From contig OZ024747.1 of assembly GCA_964016885.1 (NCBI GenBank), forward strand, positions 60,078,001 through 60,142,000: a stretch of DNA of 64,000 bases, in the 5' to 3' direction. The stretch is from Eledone cirrhosa (taxonomy: Eukaryota). Shown one piece after another: positions 24,347-39,392 of the stretch. The notes below the pieces were generated by a model. It made no database searches and was not told where the DNA came from. It worked only from the letters and a program-made list of their open reading frames with translations. The position numbers and the translations under genes are program-made. The first letter of the stretch is position 1. Each line of letters opens with the position of its first letter.

Positions 24347-24361
24347 AAATATATATATGTG

Positions 24362-24417
<56 letters not shown>

Positions 24418-24889
24418 ATAACTGAAGTTATCATTGTACCTATGTATTGAAATTTGTCTCTTCTTTTTCCACAGCCAAATATATTTTGCATACACACACT
24501 CACAAACACCCATACACACAAACACACAGACACACATACATACATGCACAAACACGCACACAAACATATACCCCCCCACACACACACACACATACACACA
24601 CACACCCACAGAGACTTACACTCATACAGACATAGAGACAGAGAGGTGTACAGGGTTTATCTACCAGATCTATCATATAGCGCGGTGTAGACAGGGAAAT
24701 GTATTGCGAAACTAGCTGGATCTAACCAATAGTTATTGAAGGGAGGTTCTTCTTTAAGTGGGGGATTTAAAAGCACTCACAAAATTATATCACAATTTTA
24801 TTGATTGTTAGTAGTTTTTTCTCAAATTGGAGAAAATAGAGAGAAATAAAGGAAACAACATAGAAGACAAGGAAATACTAAAATAAATA

Positions 24890-25095
24890 ACAAGCAACTA
24901 AATATAACAGAAGCAACTAAATTCAACATCAGAAGCAACTAAATTCAACAACAGAAGCAACTAAATTCAACAACAGAGGCAACTAAATTCAACAACAGAG
25001 GCAACTAAATTCAGCAACAGAGGCAACTAAATACATCAACAGAGGCAACTAAATACAACAAATACAACAGAAGCAACTAAATACAACAACAACAA
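24890..25095. repeat. ~22-bp minisatellite (acagaggcaactaaattcaaca)
   Basis: About 8 degenerate copies. Confidence 0.9.
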
Positions 25096-26056
25096 CAGCA
25101 ACTAAATACAGCAGCAATAACAACAACACCAACACCAACACCACCAACACCACCACCACCACCAACAACAACAACACCAACAACAACTAAAAGCAGTAAC
25201 AACACCACCACCACCACCATCACCACCAACACCACCAACACCACCACCAACAACAACAACACCACCATCACCAACACCACCAACACCACCACCAACATCA
25301 CCACCACCACCACCACCAGCACCACCACCAACACCACCACCACCACTAACATCACCACCACCACCACAACCACTACCACCACCACCACAACCACTACCAC
25401 TACAACCACTACCACCACCAACACCAACACCACCACCAACAACAACAACACCACCATCACCAACACCACCAACACCACCACCAACATCACCACCATCACC
25501 ACCACCACCAGCACCACCACCAACACCACCACCACCACTAACATCACCACCACCACCACAACCACTACAACCACCAACACCAACACCACCAAGACCAACA
25601 CCACCAAGACCAACAACAACACCAACACCACCACCACCACCACCACCAACAACAACAACAGTAACTAGTTGCTCCTGGTCTTATATATTTCCATTGATGA
25701 GAAAGTGTAGTAAAAACAACAATTCAATTATAACTCAACTGTGGATTGCAGCATTAAAGTCAACAACCTTCCAATAGATGTTAGATTGTATTTCTCTACT
25801 ACTTGCCTCCTCCTGCTCCTCCTCTTCCCTCCATCCATGCCCCTCCCATCTACAGGCAACGTATACATATATATACTACTGACATACATACATACACCGT
25901 ATACATACAAACGCATACATACAATACTTATACACCATACACATATATATATACATACCATACACCATATATATATATATATACCATACACCACACATAT
26001 ATATATATATATATATATATACCATACACACATATATATATATATATACCATACAC

Positions 26057-26095
<39 letters not shown>

Positions 26096-27541
26096 CATAC
26101 ACCATACACACATATATATATATACATAACATACACCATATACACATATATATATATATACATACCATACACCATACACACACACATATATATATACCAT
26201 ACACCATACACACATATATATATATATATATATACCATACAGCATACACACACACATATACATACACATACATAACAGTACATACGCCATATACACACAC
26301 ATGCATACATACCATACATACACACCATACCACACATACATACATACACCATATACATACATACCATACCACACATACTTACATACACCATATACATACA
26401 TACCATACATACACACCATACCACACATACATACATACACCATATACATACATACCATACATACACACCAAAGACACACATACATACATACACCATATAC
26501 ATACATACCATACATACTTACATACACCATATACATACATACCATACCACACATACTTACATACACCATATACATACATACCATACATACACACCAAAGA
26601 CACACATACACACCATACATATATACCTCAGACACACAAAACACACACACATACACCATACTTACACATCATACATACCACAGACACACATACAAACACA
26701 CACACTCACACCACATACACACACACTCATGCCACATACACACACACACACTCACACCACACACACACACTCACACCACACACACACACAATGACACCAC
26801 ATACACACACACTCACACCACACACACACACACTCACACCACACACACACACACTCACACCACACACACACTCACACCCACACCACACACACACTCACAC
26901 CACACACACACACTCACACCACATACACACTCACACCCACACCACACACACACTCAGACCACACACACACACTCACACCACATACACACACACACTCACA
27001 CCACACACACACACTCACACCACACACACACACACACTCACACCACACACACACACTCACACCACACACACACACTCACACCACATACACATTTCTCCGA
27101 TTAACTTCTAAAGTGCAATTGAGGTGGGAAGTAGAAACAAGAGAGAGAGGGTGGTTGTATGTGTGAGAGAGGGAGTAAGAGAGATAGAGAGAGAGGGTGG
27201 TTGTATGTGTGAGAGAGGGAGTAAGAGAGAGATAGAGAGAGGGTGGTTGTATGTGTGAGAGAAGGAGTAAGAGAGAGAGAGAGGGTGGTTGTATGTGTGA
27301 GAGAGGGAGTAAGAGTGAGATAGAGAGAGGGTGGTTGTATGTGTGAGAGAAGGAGTAAGAGAGAGAGAGAGGGTGGTTGTATGTGTGAGAGAGGGAGTAA
27401 GAGAGAGAGAGAGAGAGGGTGGTTGTATGTGTGAGAGAGGAAGTAAGAGAGATAGAGAGAGGGAGAGAGAGAGGAGTGTGTGACTGCATGAGTGAGTAAG
27501 GGAGCCAGAAAGAGAGAGGTGCATATGTAATAGTGAGAAAG

Positions 27542-27589
<48 letters not shown>

Positions 27590-27669
27590 TGATAGAAGAG
27601 AGCGAGAGAGAGAGAGTGATAGAAGAGAGACATGGAGTGAGTGATAGAAGAGAGAGAGAGTGATAGAAG

Positions 27670-27715
<46 letters not shown>

Positions 27716-27950
27716 TGATAGAAGATCTAAAGATCAAAATTGTATACAAATAATAAAAGTGAAATCTGTATAATGATAAAGAATGAGAGAGAGTGAAGGA
27801 GAGAGAGAGTGAAGGAGAGAGAGAGAGAGAGTGAAGGAGAGAGATAGAGAGTGAAGGAGAGTGAGAGTGAAGGAGAGAGATAGAGAGTGAAGGAGAGTGA
27901 GAGTGAGAGTGAAGGAGAGAGATAGAGAGTGAAGGAGATTGAGAGAGGGT
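25095..27950. repeat. Compound low-complexity block: (ACC)n, (CA/TA)n, (GA)n and a ~48-bp GA-rich minisatellite at 27140-27450
   Basis: Seen directly. Confidence 0.93.
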
Positions 27951-28124
27951 ATGTGTTATCAATATTTTGTTAAAAAATATTAAAATAATGAAAACAATAT
28001 AATTTATTGTTGTTCTTATTTATTTTTTCTTGTGTTCTCTTAATTTGACAAGACTGTAGAGTGTGTGGCATAAATGAGTGTAATTAGTCCCCTAATATTT
28101 ATGTAATATCTGTTTTTAATTTAG

Positions 28125-28660
28125 ACACGAGGCCAGCAATTTTGGGGGAGAGGGAAAGTCAATTAAATTGACCCCAGTGCATTACTGGTACTTTATTTTA
28201 TTGACCCTGTAAGGATGAAAGTTAAATCTAACCTCTGCAAGATTTGAACTCTAGTCTCCCAATACTGATGTAATAACTGTTTTAATGTGAGGCATAAGGC
28301 CAGAAATTTCAAGTAATGAGAAAAGATGTTTGCATTTACCCCTGTAAATGACTGGTGCTTTATGTTATCAACCCCCGGAGGGCTGAAAAGCAAAGTTTAC
28401 CTCAACAGGTTTTGAAATGAGAGCATAAAGTGTTGTTATAAATACCATTTATTTGTCTGATACTGTTGATTCTGCCTATCCAACTTGGCTCTCATAGATA
28501 ATAGAAGGGGAGTGAAATGTCACATTGGACCAAGGAACCAATGTTCCCATCATACTGCCAAGGTTAACTTTGCCTTTCATCCTCACGGGGTCGATAAAAT
28601 AAAGCACCAGTAATACACTGGGATAATTGCTGGCCTTGTTCCAAAAGTAGAAACAATTAT
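28125..28660. mobile_element. Family A SINE fragments (two on -, one on +)
   Basis: Reverse cores at about 28185-28250 and about 28350-28420; forward core at 28554-28660. Confidence 0.75.
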
Positions 28661-30069
28661 TAATTCCAGCTCACACATGCAAGTTTAGCTGGACTCCAAC
28701 ACTGATGGTTCTGTCAATCCAACTTGGCTCTCATAGAAAATAGGAAGGCAGCCATATCTCATATGGACCGAGTAAACAGTGTTCCCATTATTGTTACAGT
28801 TACAGCTCACACATATGCAAGTTTTGTTGGACTCCAACAAGGCTGCATCTCATATGAGGCCTCTTGAGTGTTTTAATGATAGGAATTCCAGTCCTATCAT
28901 GAAAAGCAATGTGAAATGAAGCTTCTTGCCCAAGAACATACTGCACCACCCTCTTCAGGAATCAAACTTATAATTTTATGCCCAGCACTCTAACCACTAG
29001 ACCACAGATATTTGCAATGTTTCCCATAATCTTTCCATTGCTGATACTACCGGCCTGTCACAATTCCTGGCAGAAGGAAGACTGAACACAGAATGCTTAG
29101 AGCCACATCAGATACTGCAAAGCATCCCACCTGACTTTCTGACAATTCCATCAATCCACTACCCCTGGGTGGGTACTTTCTTTATCAACCTTGAAAAGAT
29201 GAAAAACAAAGTTGTTAAATATTAGATTGGAAATTAAATTTAAGTCTTCAGATAATTTCTAGAAATCTGAAGGTTAGCAAGATAATCATGATGGAGGCGA
29301 TGACGTGGGAGTTTGGTTCTTCTGTGTTAGGACCTGGTGTACATGTGTGTGTGAGTGATTTAATAGTATTTTTTTTTCCTTTTATTTGTTTATATTTTTC
29401 TTTGTAACAATCATGACATGTTGATGAAGCAAAAAATGTGAATTACAGAATAAATAGTATGAATGATTGAACAAATAAGCCGTGGGTGTTGTCTTAGCTT
29501 GTGTTAAGAGCCATGTAATATGGAAGATAGATGCACGCTAAAAATGTGTGCAAAGAATATATAGAGAGAGTAAAAGATAGTTGTGACAAATTATCATACA
29601 TACTGATCAATGGTCAGCAGTGGCCTAGGACCACAGCCAACTCTGTTGCTTTTGGAAATCTACCAGTTGAGAGATGGACTGCTGTTTGATTTGCTTTTTA
29701 TAAGTGAAGGTGACATCATGCTGTTTGGTCATTTGGTAGGGTTTGTATGCTAAAATTATTATTTATTTTGATGCTGACATGGCAATGTATAAAATATAAA
29801 AATAGCTGTAATTTCAGAGACAATAGCCAAAATGTGTATGTACAATTTATAAAAATATATCTCTGTAGTGAATCCGTTTGATGCATGTGCTATGCTATCA
29901 TTGTCTTCACCATTCAACCTATTTTCCATACTTGCATGTGTTAGATGATTGCCATGTGCTATGGTCAAACCAGTCAGGTGACTAGGTACTGCTAACATGC
30001 TTGGTTTTGGCTTGGGTTTTTTTGCTGGATGCCTTTCTTAATGCCAGCCAATTTACAGCATATATGGTG

Positions 30070-33000
30070 AGCATGGTTTCACCAGCTGGATGCCCTTCCT
30101 AATACCAACTACATTGCAGCATGTACTGGGAGCATGGTTTCACCAGCTGGATGCCCTTCCTAATACCAACCACATTACAGCATGTACTGGGAGCATGGTT
30201 TCACCAGCTGGATGCCCTTCCTAATACCAACCACATTACAGCATGTACTGGGAGCATGGTTTCACCAGCTGGATGCCCTTCCTAATACCAACCACATTAC
30301 AGCATGTACTGGGAGCATGGTTTCACCAGCTGGATGCCCTTCCTAATACCAACCACATTACAGCATGTACTGGGAGCATGGTTTCACCAGCTGGATGCCC
30401 TTCCTAATACCAACCACATTACAGCATGTACTGGGAGCATGGTTTCACCAGCTGGATGCCCTTCCTAATACCAACCACATTACAGCATGTACTGGGAGCA
30501 TGGTTTCACCAGCTGGATGCCCTTCCTAATACCAACCACATTACAGCATGTACTGGGAGCATGGTTTCACCAGCTGGATGCCCTTCCTAATACCAACCAC
30601 ATTACAGCATGTACTGGGAGCATGGTTTCACCAGCTGGATGCCCTTCCTAATACCAACCACATTACAGCATGTACTGGGAGCATGGTTTCACCAGCTGGA
30701 TGCCCTTCCTAATACCAACCACATTACAGCATGTACTGGGAGCATGGTTTCACCAGCTGGATGCCCTTCCTAATACCAACCACATTACAGCATGTACTGG
30801 GAGCATGGTTTCACCAGCTGGATGCCCTTCCTAATACCAACCACATTACAGCATGTACTGGGAGCATGGTTTCACCAGCTGGATGCCCTTCCTAATACCA
30901 ACCACATTACAGCATGTACTGGGAGCATGGTTTCACCAGCTGGATGCCCTTCCTAATACCAACCACATTACAGCATGTACTGGGAGCATGGTTTCACCAG
31001 CTGGATGCCCTTCCTAATACCAACCACATTACAGCATGTACTGGGAGCATGGTTTCACCAGCTGGATGCCCTTCCTAATACCAACCACATTACAGCATGT
31101 ACTGGGAGCATGGTTTCACCAGCTGGATGCCCTTCCTAATACCAACTACATTGCAGCATGTACTGGGAGCATGGTTTCACCAGCTGGATGCCCTTCCTAA
31201 TACCAACCACATTACAGCATGTACTGGGAGCATGGTTTCACCAGCTGGATGCCCTTCCTAATACCAACTACATTGCAGCATGTACTGGGAGCATGGTTTC
31301 ACCAGCTGGATGCTCTTCCTAATACCAACTACATTACAGCATGTACTGGGAGCATGGTTTCACCAGCTGGATACCCTTCCTAATACCAACTACATTACAG
31401 CATGTACTGGGAGCATGGTTTCACCAGCTGGATGCCCTTCCTAATACCAACCACATTGCAGCATGTACTGGGAGCATGGTTTCACCAGCTGGATGCCCTT
31501 CCTAATACCAACCACATTACAGCATGTACTGGGAGCATGGTTTCACCAGCTGGATGCCCTTCCTAATACCAACTACATTACAGCATGTACTGGGAGCATG
31601 GTTTCACCAGCTGGATGCCCTTCCTAATACCAACCACTTTACAGCATGTACTGGAAGCATGGTTTCACCAGCTGGATTCCCTTCCTAATACCAACTACAT
31701 TACAGCATATATGGTGAGCATGGTTTCACCAGCTGGATGCCCTTCCTAATACCAACTACATTACAGCATGTACTGGGAGCATGGTTTCACCAGCTGGATG
31801 CCCTTCCTAATACCAACCACATTACAGCATGTACTGGGAGCATGGTTTCACCAGCTGGATACCCTTCCTAATACCAACCACTTTACAGCATGTACTGGGA
31901 GCATGGTTTCACCAGCTGGATGCCCTTCCTAATACCAACCACATTACAGCATGTACTGGGAGCATGGTTTCACCAGCTGGATACCCTTCCTAATACCAAC
32001 CACTTTACAGCATGTACTGGGAGCATGGTTTCACCAGCTGGATACCCTTCCTAATACCAACTACATTACAGCATGTACTGGGAGCATGGTTTCACCAGCT
32101 GGATACCCTTCCTAATACCAACTACATTACAGCATGTACTGGGAGCATGGTTTCACCAGCTGGATGCCCTTCCTAATACCAACTACATTACAGCATGTAC
32201 TGGGAGCATGGTTTCACCAGCTGGATACCCTTCCTAATACCAACCACTTTACAGCATGTACTGGGAGCATGGTTTCACCAGCTGGATACCCTTCCTAATA
32301 CCAACTACATTACAGCATGTACTGGGAGCATGGTTTCACCAGCTGGATACCCTTCCTAATACCAGCTACATTACAGCATGTACTGGGAGCATGGTTTCAC
32401 CAGCTGGATACCCTTCCTAATACCAACTACATTACAGCATGTACTGGGAGCATGGTTTCACCAGCTGGATACCCTTCCTAATACCAACTACATTACAGCA
32501 TGTACTGGGAGCATGGTTTCACCAGCTGGATACCCTTCCTAATACCAACTACATTACAGCATGTACTGGGAGCATGGTTTCACCAGCTGGATACCCTTCC
32601 TAATACCAACCACATTACAGCATGTACTGGGAGCATGGTTTCACCAGCTGGATACCCTTCCTAATACCAACTACATTACAGCATGTACTGGGAGCATGGT
32701 TTCACCAGCTGGATACCCTTCCTAATACCAACTACATTACAGCATGTACTGGGAGCATGGTTTCACCAGCTGGATACCCTTCCTAATACCAACTACATTA
32801 CAGCATGTACTGGGAGCATGGTTTCACCAGCTGGATACCCTTCCTAATACCAACCACATTACAGCATGTACTGGGAGCATGGTTTCACCAGCTGGATACC
32901 CTTCCTAATACCAACTACATTACAGCATGTACTGGGAGCATGGTTTCACCAGCTGGATACCCTTCCTAATACCAACTACATTACAGCATGTACTGGGAGC

Positions 33001-35858
33001 ATGGTTTCACCAGCTGGATACCCTTCCTAATACCAACCACATTACAGCATGTACTGGGAGCATGGTTTCACCAGCTGGATACCCTTCCTAATACCAACTA
33101 CATTACAGCATGTACTGGGAGCATGGTTTCACCAGCTGGATGCCCTTCCTAATACCAACTACATTACAGCATGTACTGGGAGCATGGTTTCACCAGCTGG
33201 ATACCCTTCCTAATACCAACTACATTACAGCATGTACTGGGAGCATGGTTTCACCAGCTGGATACCCTTCCTAATACCAACTACATTACAGCATGTACTG
33301 GGAGCATGGTTTCACCAGCTGGATGCCCTTCCTAATACCAACTACATTACAGCATGTACTGGGAGCATGGTTTCACCAGCTGGATACCCTTCCTAATACC
33401 AACTACATTACAGCATGTACTGGGAGCATGGTTTCACCGGCTGGATACCCTTCCTAATACCAACCACATTACAGCATGTACTGGGAGCATGGTTTCACCA
33501 GCTGGATACCCTTCCTAATACCAACCACATTACAGCATGTACTGGGAGCATGGTTTCACCAGCTGGATGCCCTTCCTAATACCAACTACATTACAGCATG
33601 TACTGGGAGCATGGTTTCACCAGCTGGATACCCTTCCTAATACCAACCACATTACAGCATGTACTGGGAGCATGGTTTCACCGGCTGGATACCCTTCCTA
33701 ATACCAACCACATTGCAGCATGTACTGGGAGCATGGTTTCACCGGCTGGATACCCTTCCTAATACCAACCACATTACAGCATGTACTGGGAGCATGGTTT
33801 CACCGGCTGGATACCCTTCCTAATACCAACCACATTACAGCATGTACTGGGAGCATGGTTTCACCAGCTGGATACCCTTCCTAATACCAACCACATTGCA
33901 GCATGTACTGGGAGCATGGTTTCACCGGCTGGATACCCTTCCTAATACCAACCACATTACAGCATGTACTGGGAGCATGGTTTCACCAGCTGGATACCCT
34001 TCCTAATACCAACCACATTGCAGCATGTACTGGGAGCATGGTTTCACCGGCTGGATACCCTTCCTAATACCAACCACATTACAGCATGTACTGGGAGCAT
34101 GGTTTCACCGGCTGGATACCCTTCCTAATACCAACCACATTACAGCATGTACTGGGAGCATGGTTTCACCAGCTGGATACCCTTCCTAATACCAACCACA
34201 TTGCAGCATGTACTGGGAGCATGGTTTCACCGGCTGGATACCCTTCCTAATACCAACCACATTACAGCATGTACTGGGAGCATGGTTTCACCAGCTGGAT
34301 ACCCTTCCTAATACCAACCACATTGCAGCATGTACTGGGAGCATGGTTTCACCGGCTGGATACCCTTCCTAATACCAACCACATTACAGCATGTACTGGG
34401 AGCATGGTTTCACCAGCTGGATACCCTTCCTAATACCAACCACATTACAGCATGTACTGGGAGCATGGTTTCACCGGCTGGATACCCTTCCTAATACCAA
34501 CCACATTACAGCATGTACTGGGAGCATGGTTTCACCGGCTGGATACCCTTCCTAATACCAACCACATTGCAGCATGTACTGGGAGCATGGTTTCACCAGC
34601 TGGATACCCTTCCTAATACCAACCACATTACAGCATGTACTGGGAGCATGGTTTCACCAGCTGGATGCCCTTCCTAATACCAACCACATTACAGCATGTA
34701 CTGGGAGCATGGTTTCACCAGCTGGATACCCTTCCTAATACCAACCACTTTACAGCATGTACTGGGAGCATGGTTTCACCAGCTGGATACCCTTCCTAAT
34801 ACCAACCACATTACAGCATGTACTGGGAGCATGGTTTCACCAGCTGGATACCCTTCCTAATACCAACCACATTACAGCATGTACTGGGAGCATGGTTTCA
34901 CCAGCTGGATACCCTTCCTAATACCAACCACTTTACAGCATGTACTGGGAGCATGGTTTCACCAGCTGGATACCCTTCCTAATACCAACCACATTACAGC
35001 ATGTACTGGGAGCATGGTTTCACCAGCTGGATGCCCTTCCTAATACCAACTACATTACAGCATGTACTGGGAGCATGGTTTCACCAGCTGGATACCCTTC
35101 CTAATACCAACCACTTTACAGCATGTACTGGGAGCATGGTTTCACCAGCTGGATACCCTTCCTAATACCAACCACTTTACAGCATGTACTGGGAGCATGG
35201 TTTCACCAGCTGGATGCCCTTCCTAATACCAACTACATTACAGCATATATGGTGAGCATGGTTTCACCAGCTGGATACCCTTCCTAATACCAACCACTTT
35301 ACAGCATGTACTGGGAGCATGGTTTCACCAGCTGGATACCCTTCCTAATACCAACTACATTACAGCATGTACTGGGAGCATGGTTTCACCAGCTGGATAC
35401 CCTTCCTAATACCAACCACATTACAGCATGTACTGGGAGCATGGTTTCACCAGCTGGATACCCTTCCTAATACCAACTACATTACAGCATGTACTGGGAG
35501 CATGGTTTCACCAGCTGGATACCCTTCCTAATACCAACTACATTACAGCATGTACTGGGAGCATGGTTTCACCAGCTGGATACCCTTCCTAATACCAACC
35601 ACTTTACAGCATGTACTGGGAGCATGGTTTCACCGGCTGGATACCCTTCCTAATACCAACCACATTGCAGCATGTACTGGGAGCATGGTTTCACCAGCTG
35701 GATACCCTTCCTAATACCAACCACATTACAGCATGTACTGGGAGCATGGTTTCACCAGCTGGATGCCCTTCCTAATACCAACTACATTACAGCATGTACT
35801 GGGAGCATGGTTTCACCAGCTGGATACCCTTCCTAATACCAACCACTTTACAGCATGT
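30070..35858. repeat. 61-bp satellite, about 95 copies, embedded in an RTE 3'-UTR-type repeat (about 29900-36090)
   Basis: Unit agcatggtttcaccagctggatgcccttcctaataccaaccacattacagcatgtactggg. Its core ctggatgcccttcctaa..ccaacc matches dispersed copies at about 10868, 39961, 40490, 53580 and 54628. Confidence 0.97.
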
Positions 35859-36618
35859 TCTGAGAACATTTTTATTGTTACTCCAGCACTACCACCTTAC
35901 AGGGTGGAACGGGTGCTTTTTATTGTGGCACTAGCACTACCACTGTACAGGGTGGACTGGATGCATTTCATCATGGCACCAGCAATACTACAATACAGGA
36001 TGTAGTAGGTAATTTTCGTAGTGGCACTAGCACAATGGCTTTACATAGTGGATTTGGTGATTTTGTCATGTCACCAACACTACAATTTTAACAGAAAGAA
36101 GTGAGAGAAGACATCTGGCCAGATACTGTTGATTTAAATGCTAAAGGGTTAAGGTAATTTTTCCAGCTAAAAATGCTGTGAGCCCCATAATCCTTTCAAT
36201 TTCACCCTGTCATGTGCATCTTCCCTCACCAAATTTCTTCCTCCATTAGACCCCAACTACATTTATTTCCATCACTCCCCTCAAACAGTAATTTTATCCT
36301 TCCCCAACACATGACTCAGCCATCTCATTCCATTTCCTCATCATCCTTGTGTTTAAAACATTTACTTCTGTCACTCTATCAAAAGGAAATAAAATGTTCC
36401 TCTTATTGAAGAGAATCAGGATTAATGTTTCAAACCATCAACATCACCATCAACATCATCATCATCATCATTAGCAATATTATCATTGTCATCCACACCA
36501 CCACCCAGCACCATTATCATCACCACCACCACCACAAGTAATCACTTTCCATCTGAATTATTTATTTCAGAGGTTGTTCAGAGCAAAACAAAACAAACAC
36601 ATACACACACACACACAT

Positions 36619-36653
<35 letters not shown>

Positions 36654-37106
36654 ATAAAACTATGACTTCATTGATCTTTATCTATTTTCGCTAAGTCTGT
36701 CATAGAATTTCTGATTGTTTCACATATGAAAAGAATAGTGTGTGTGTGTGTATATGTATATGTGTGTGTGTATATGTGTGTGTGTATATGTATATGTGTG
36801 TGTGTGTGTGTATATGTGTGTGTATATGTATGTGTGTGTGTGTGTGTGTATATGTATGTATATATATGTATATGTTTATGTATACATATATATATGTGTG
36901 TGTATATATATATGTGTATATATATTTATGTATATATATATATATATATATGTGTATGTTTATGTATACATACATATATATATGTGTGTGTATATATATA
37001 TGTGTATATATATTTATGTATATGTATATATATAAATATATGTATATATGTATGTTTATGTATACATATATATATGTGTGTGTATATATATATATATGTG
37101 TATATA

Positions 37107-37159
<53 letters not shown>

Positions 37160-37176
37160 GTATGTATATATCTCAA

Positions 37177-37209
<33 letters not shown>

Positions 37210-38394
37210 ATACACACACACACACACGCATATACATACATATATATATATATATATATATTCCGAGTGGATTCATCTGCCAATTATTTATGTGGTGCCA
37301 TTAAAATATGGCTTTCTTTAAAAAAAATAAAAATAAAAAAATAAAAAATTTTTTTTAAAATAAAAAAAAAAAGCACACACACACTAACAACAACAACAAC
37401 AATAACGACAACAACAAGCAAACCATCTACCCAAAACCACAACCGGGAGAGAGAAAAGTCTGAAATAAAATCATTAAATACACAAATACATTAAACACTA
37501 TATTCAACTCACATTTATCTTCCATAAATAGTTAATAACTATGTAAATTTTATAAATGTCTTTAGACACTAAATATTTTTCATTACTTCATACATTGTAG
37601 GGATATTGCTACAGCTACTGTCGTTGTTGTTGTTGTTACTGCTACTGATACTACTACTACTATTACTACTACTACTACTACTACTGCTGCTGTTGCTGCT
37701 TCTATTGTAGTTGTTGCTGTTGTTATTGTTGTTGGAAGAAGAGGAAACTTCCAGAAGTTTATAGTGTGTGTGTATGTGTCTATATATATATATGTGTGTA
37801 TGTATGTATGTATGTATGTATGTATGTATGTATATATATATGTATGTATATGTATGTATATGTATGTATGCATATACATATGTGTATATATATATATAAA
37901 TATATATATACATATATATGTATATACGTACATATATATGTATGTATATACATATATATATGTATGTATATACATATATATATGTATGTATATACACACA
38001 TATATATATGTGTATGTATGTATATACATATATATGTGTATGTATATACATATATATATATATATATGTATGTCTGTATGTAGATACATATATATATATG
38101 TATGTCTATATGTAGACAGATATATATATATATATATGTATGTCTATATGTAGATACATATATATATATATATGTATGTCTATATGTAGATACACATATA
38201 TATATATGTATGTATATATGTACATACATATATATATATGTATGTATGTATTTATGTATATACATACATATATATGATATATATGAATTTATATATGTAT
38301 GCATATATACATCATCATCATCATATGTCCGCTTTTCCCTGCTTGTATGTATGTACATACGTATATATATATGTATATATGTATGTATGTATGG

Positions 38395-38985
38395 TGTTAC
38401 TGGTAACATGTATCCCAGTACAACCTGTCTCATGGTCGGGTCGTTGGCGACTAAACTGGCAACCCCACCAAGAATTCTTGGTGAGGAGGGTGACTTTGGA
38501 CATCCTGCAGGACTAAAAACAAAACCTGTCAAAGGGCAAAGGAGCTCTTAAGAGTCAATGGCCATCCAAAATCACCGGGAGAGATGACCCCTTAGCCTTT
38601 GTCAAGGCAGAATTCTAGGAGAAGGAAAACTCTGATATAACACCTGCAACCCTGATGGTATCCAATGATGTTGACTTGTTCTTCTTTTTGGTAAATATCA
38701 TCTTGGTTAAGAGAGTGGGACTGGCTTTGTGCAGTGCTTTTGCTCACTATAAAAGCTTCACGGCACAGGCATTGCTTTGTATCTGGAGATCTCTCTGCAC
38801 TTGTCGTCACATGGTACCATGGGCCCAGCACTATGTGTCAATAATTGTCACAAGTGTAGTGTTTGTACCAGAGTTTTCAAGTCGCTGGCTGGACTAAAAT
38901 GTCACTCGTTCAGCGCATCAGTAGGGGTTCTCCTACATGGATATAAAGTAGTGGCCGTATTCGAAAACGAGTTCGCAGCCACCAT
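38395..38985 (+). mobile_element. Non-autonomous RTE-derived element, longer copy
   Basis: Same 400 bp as 12221-12627 plus about 185 bp of 5' leader (ggtcgttggcgactaaactggcaacccc...). Flanked by (TATG)n on both sides. Confidence 0.7.
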
Positions 38986-39038
38986 ATATGTATGTATGTA
39001 TATATTTATATGTATATATATGTATGTATATACATATC

Positions 39039-39069
<31 letters not shown>

Positions 39070-39265
39070 GTATATACATATATGTATGTATGTATATATA
39101 TATATATATGTATGAATATACATATATGTATGTATGTATATATATATATATATATATGTATATACATATATGTATGTATGTATATATATATATATATGTA
39201 TGAATATACATATATGTATGTATGTATATATATATGTATGTATATACATATATGTATGTATATAC

Positions 39266-39299
<34 letters not shown>

Positions 39300-39392
39300 G
39301 TATATATATATATGTATGTATATACATATATATATATGTATTTGAAAGACGTAAAATAAGAAAATTATAAAAATTAACTTACTAAAATTTCA

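Noticed and set aside
25741-27111. 456-aa His/Thr/Tyr-rich ORF and the other YI/VC/HT-repeat ORFs in the window
   Set aside because: They are translations of stop-free (CA)n/(TA)n microsatellites.
30070-35858. CRISPR-like regular array (also the arrays at 4545-5632 and 47936-49660)
   Set aside because: Units are contiguous with no unique spacers, there are no cas genes, and the context is eukaryotic; these are satellites.
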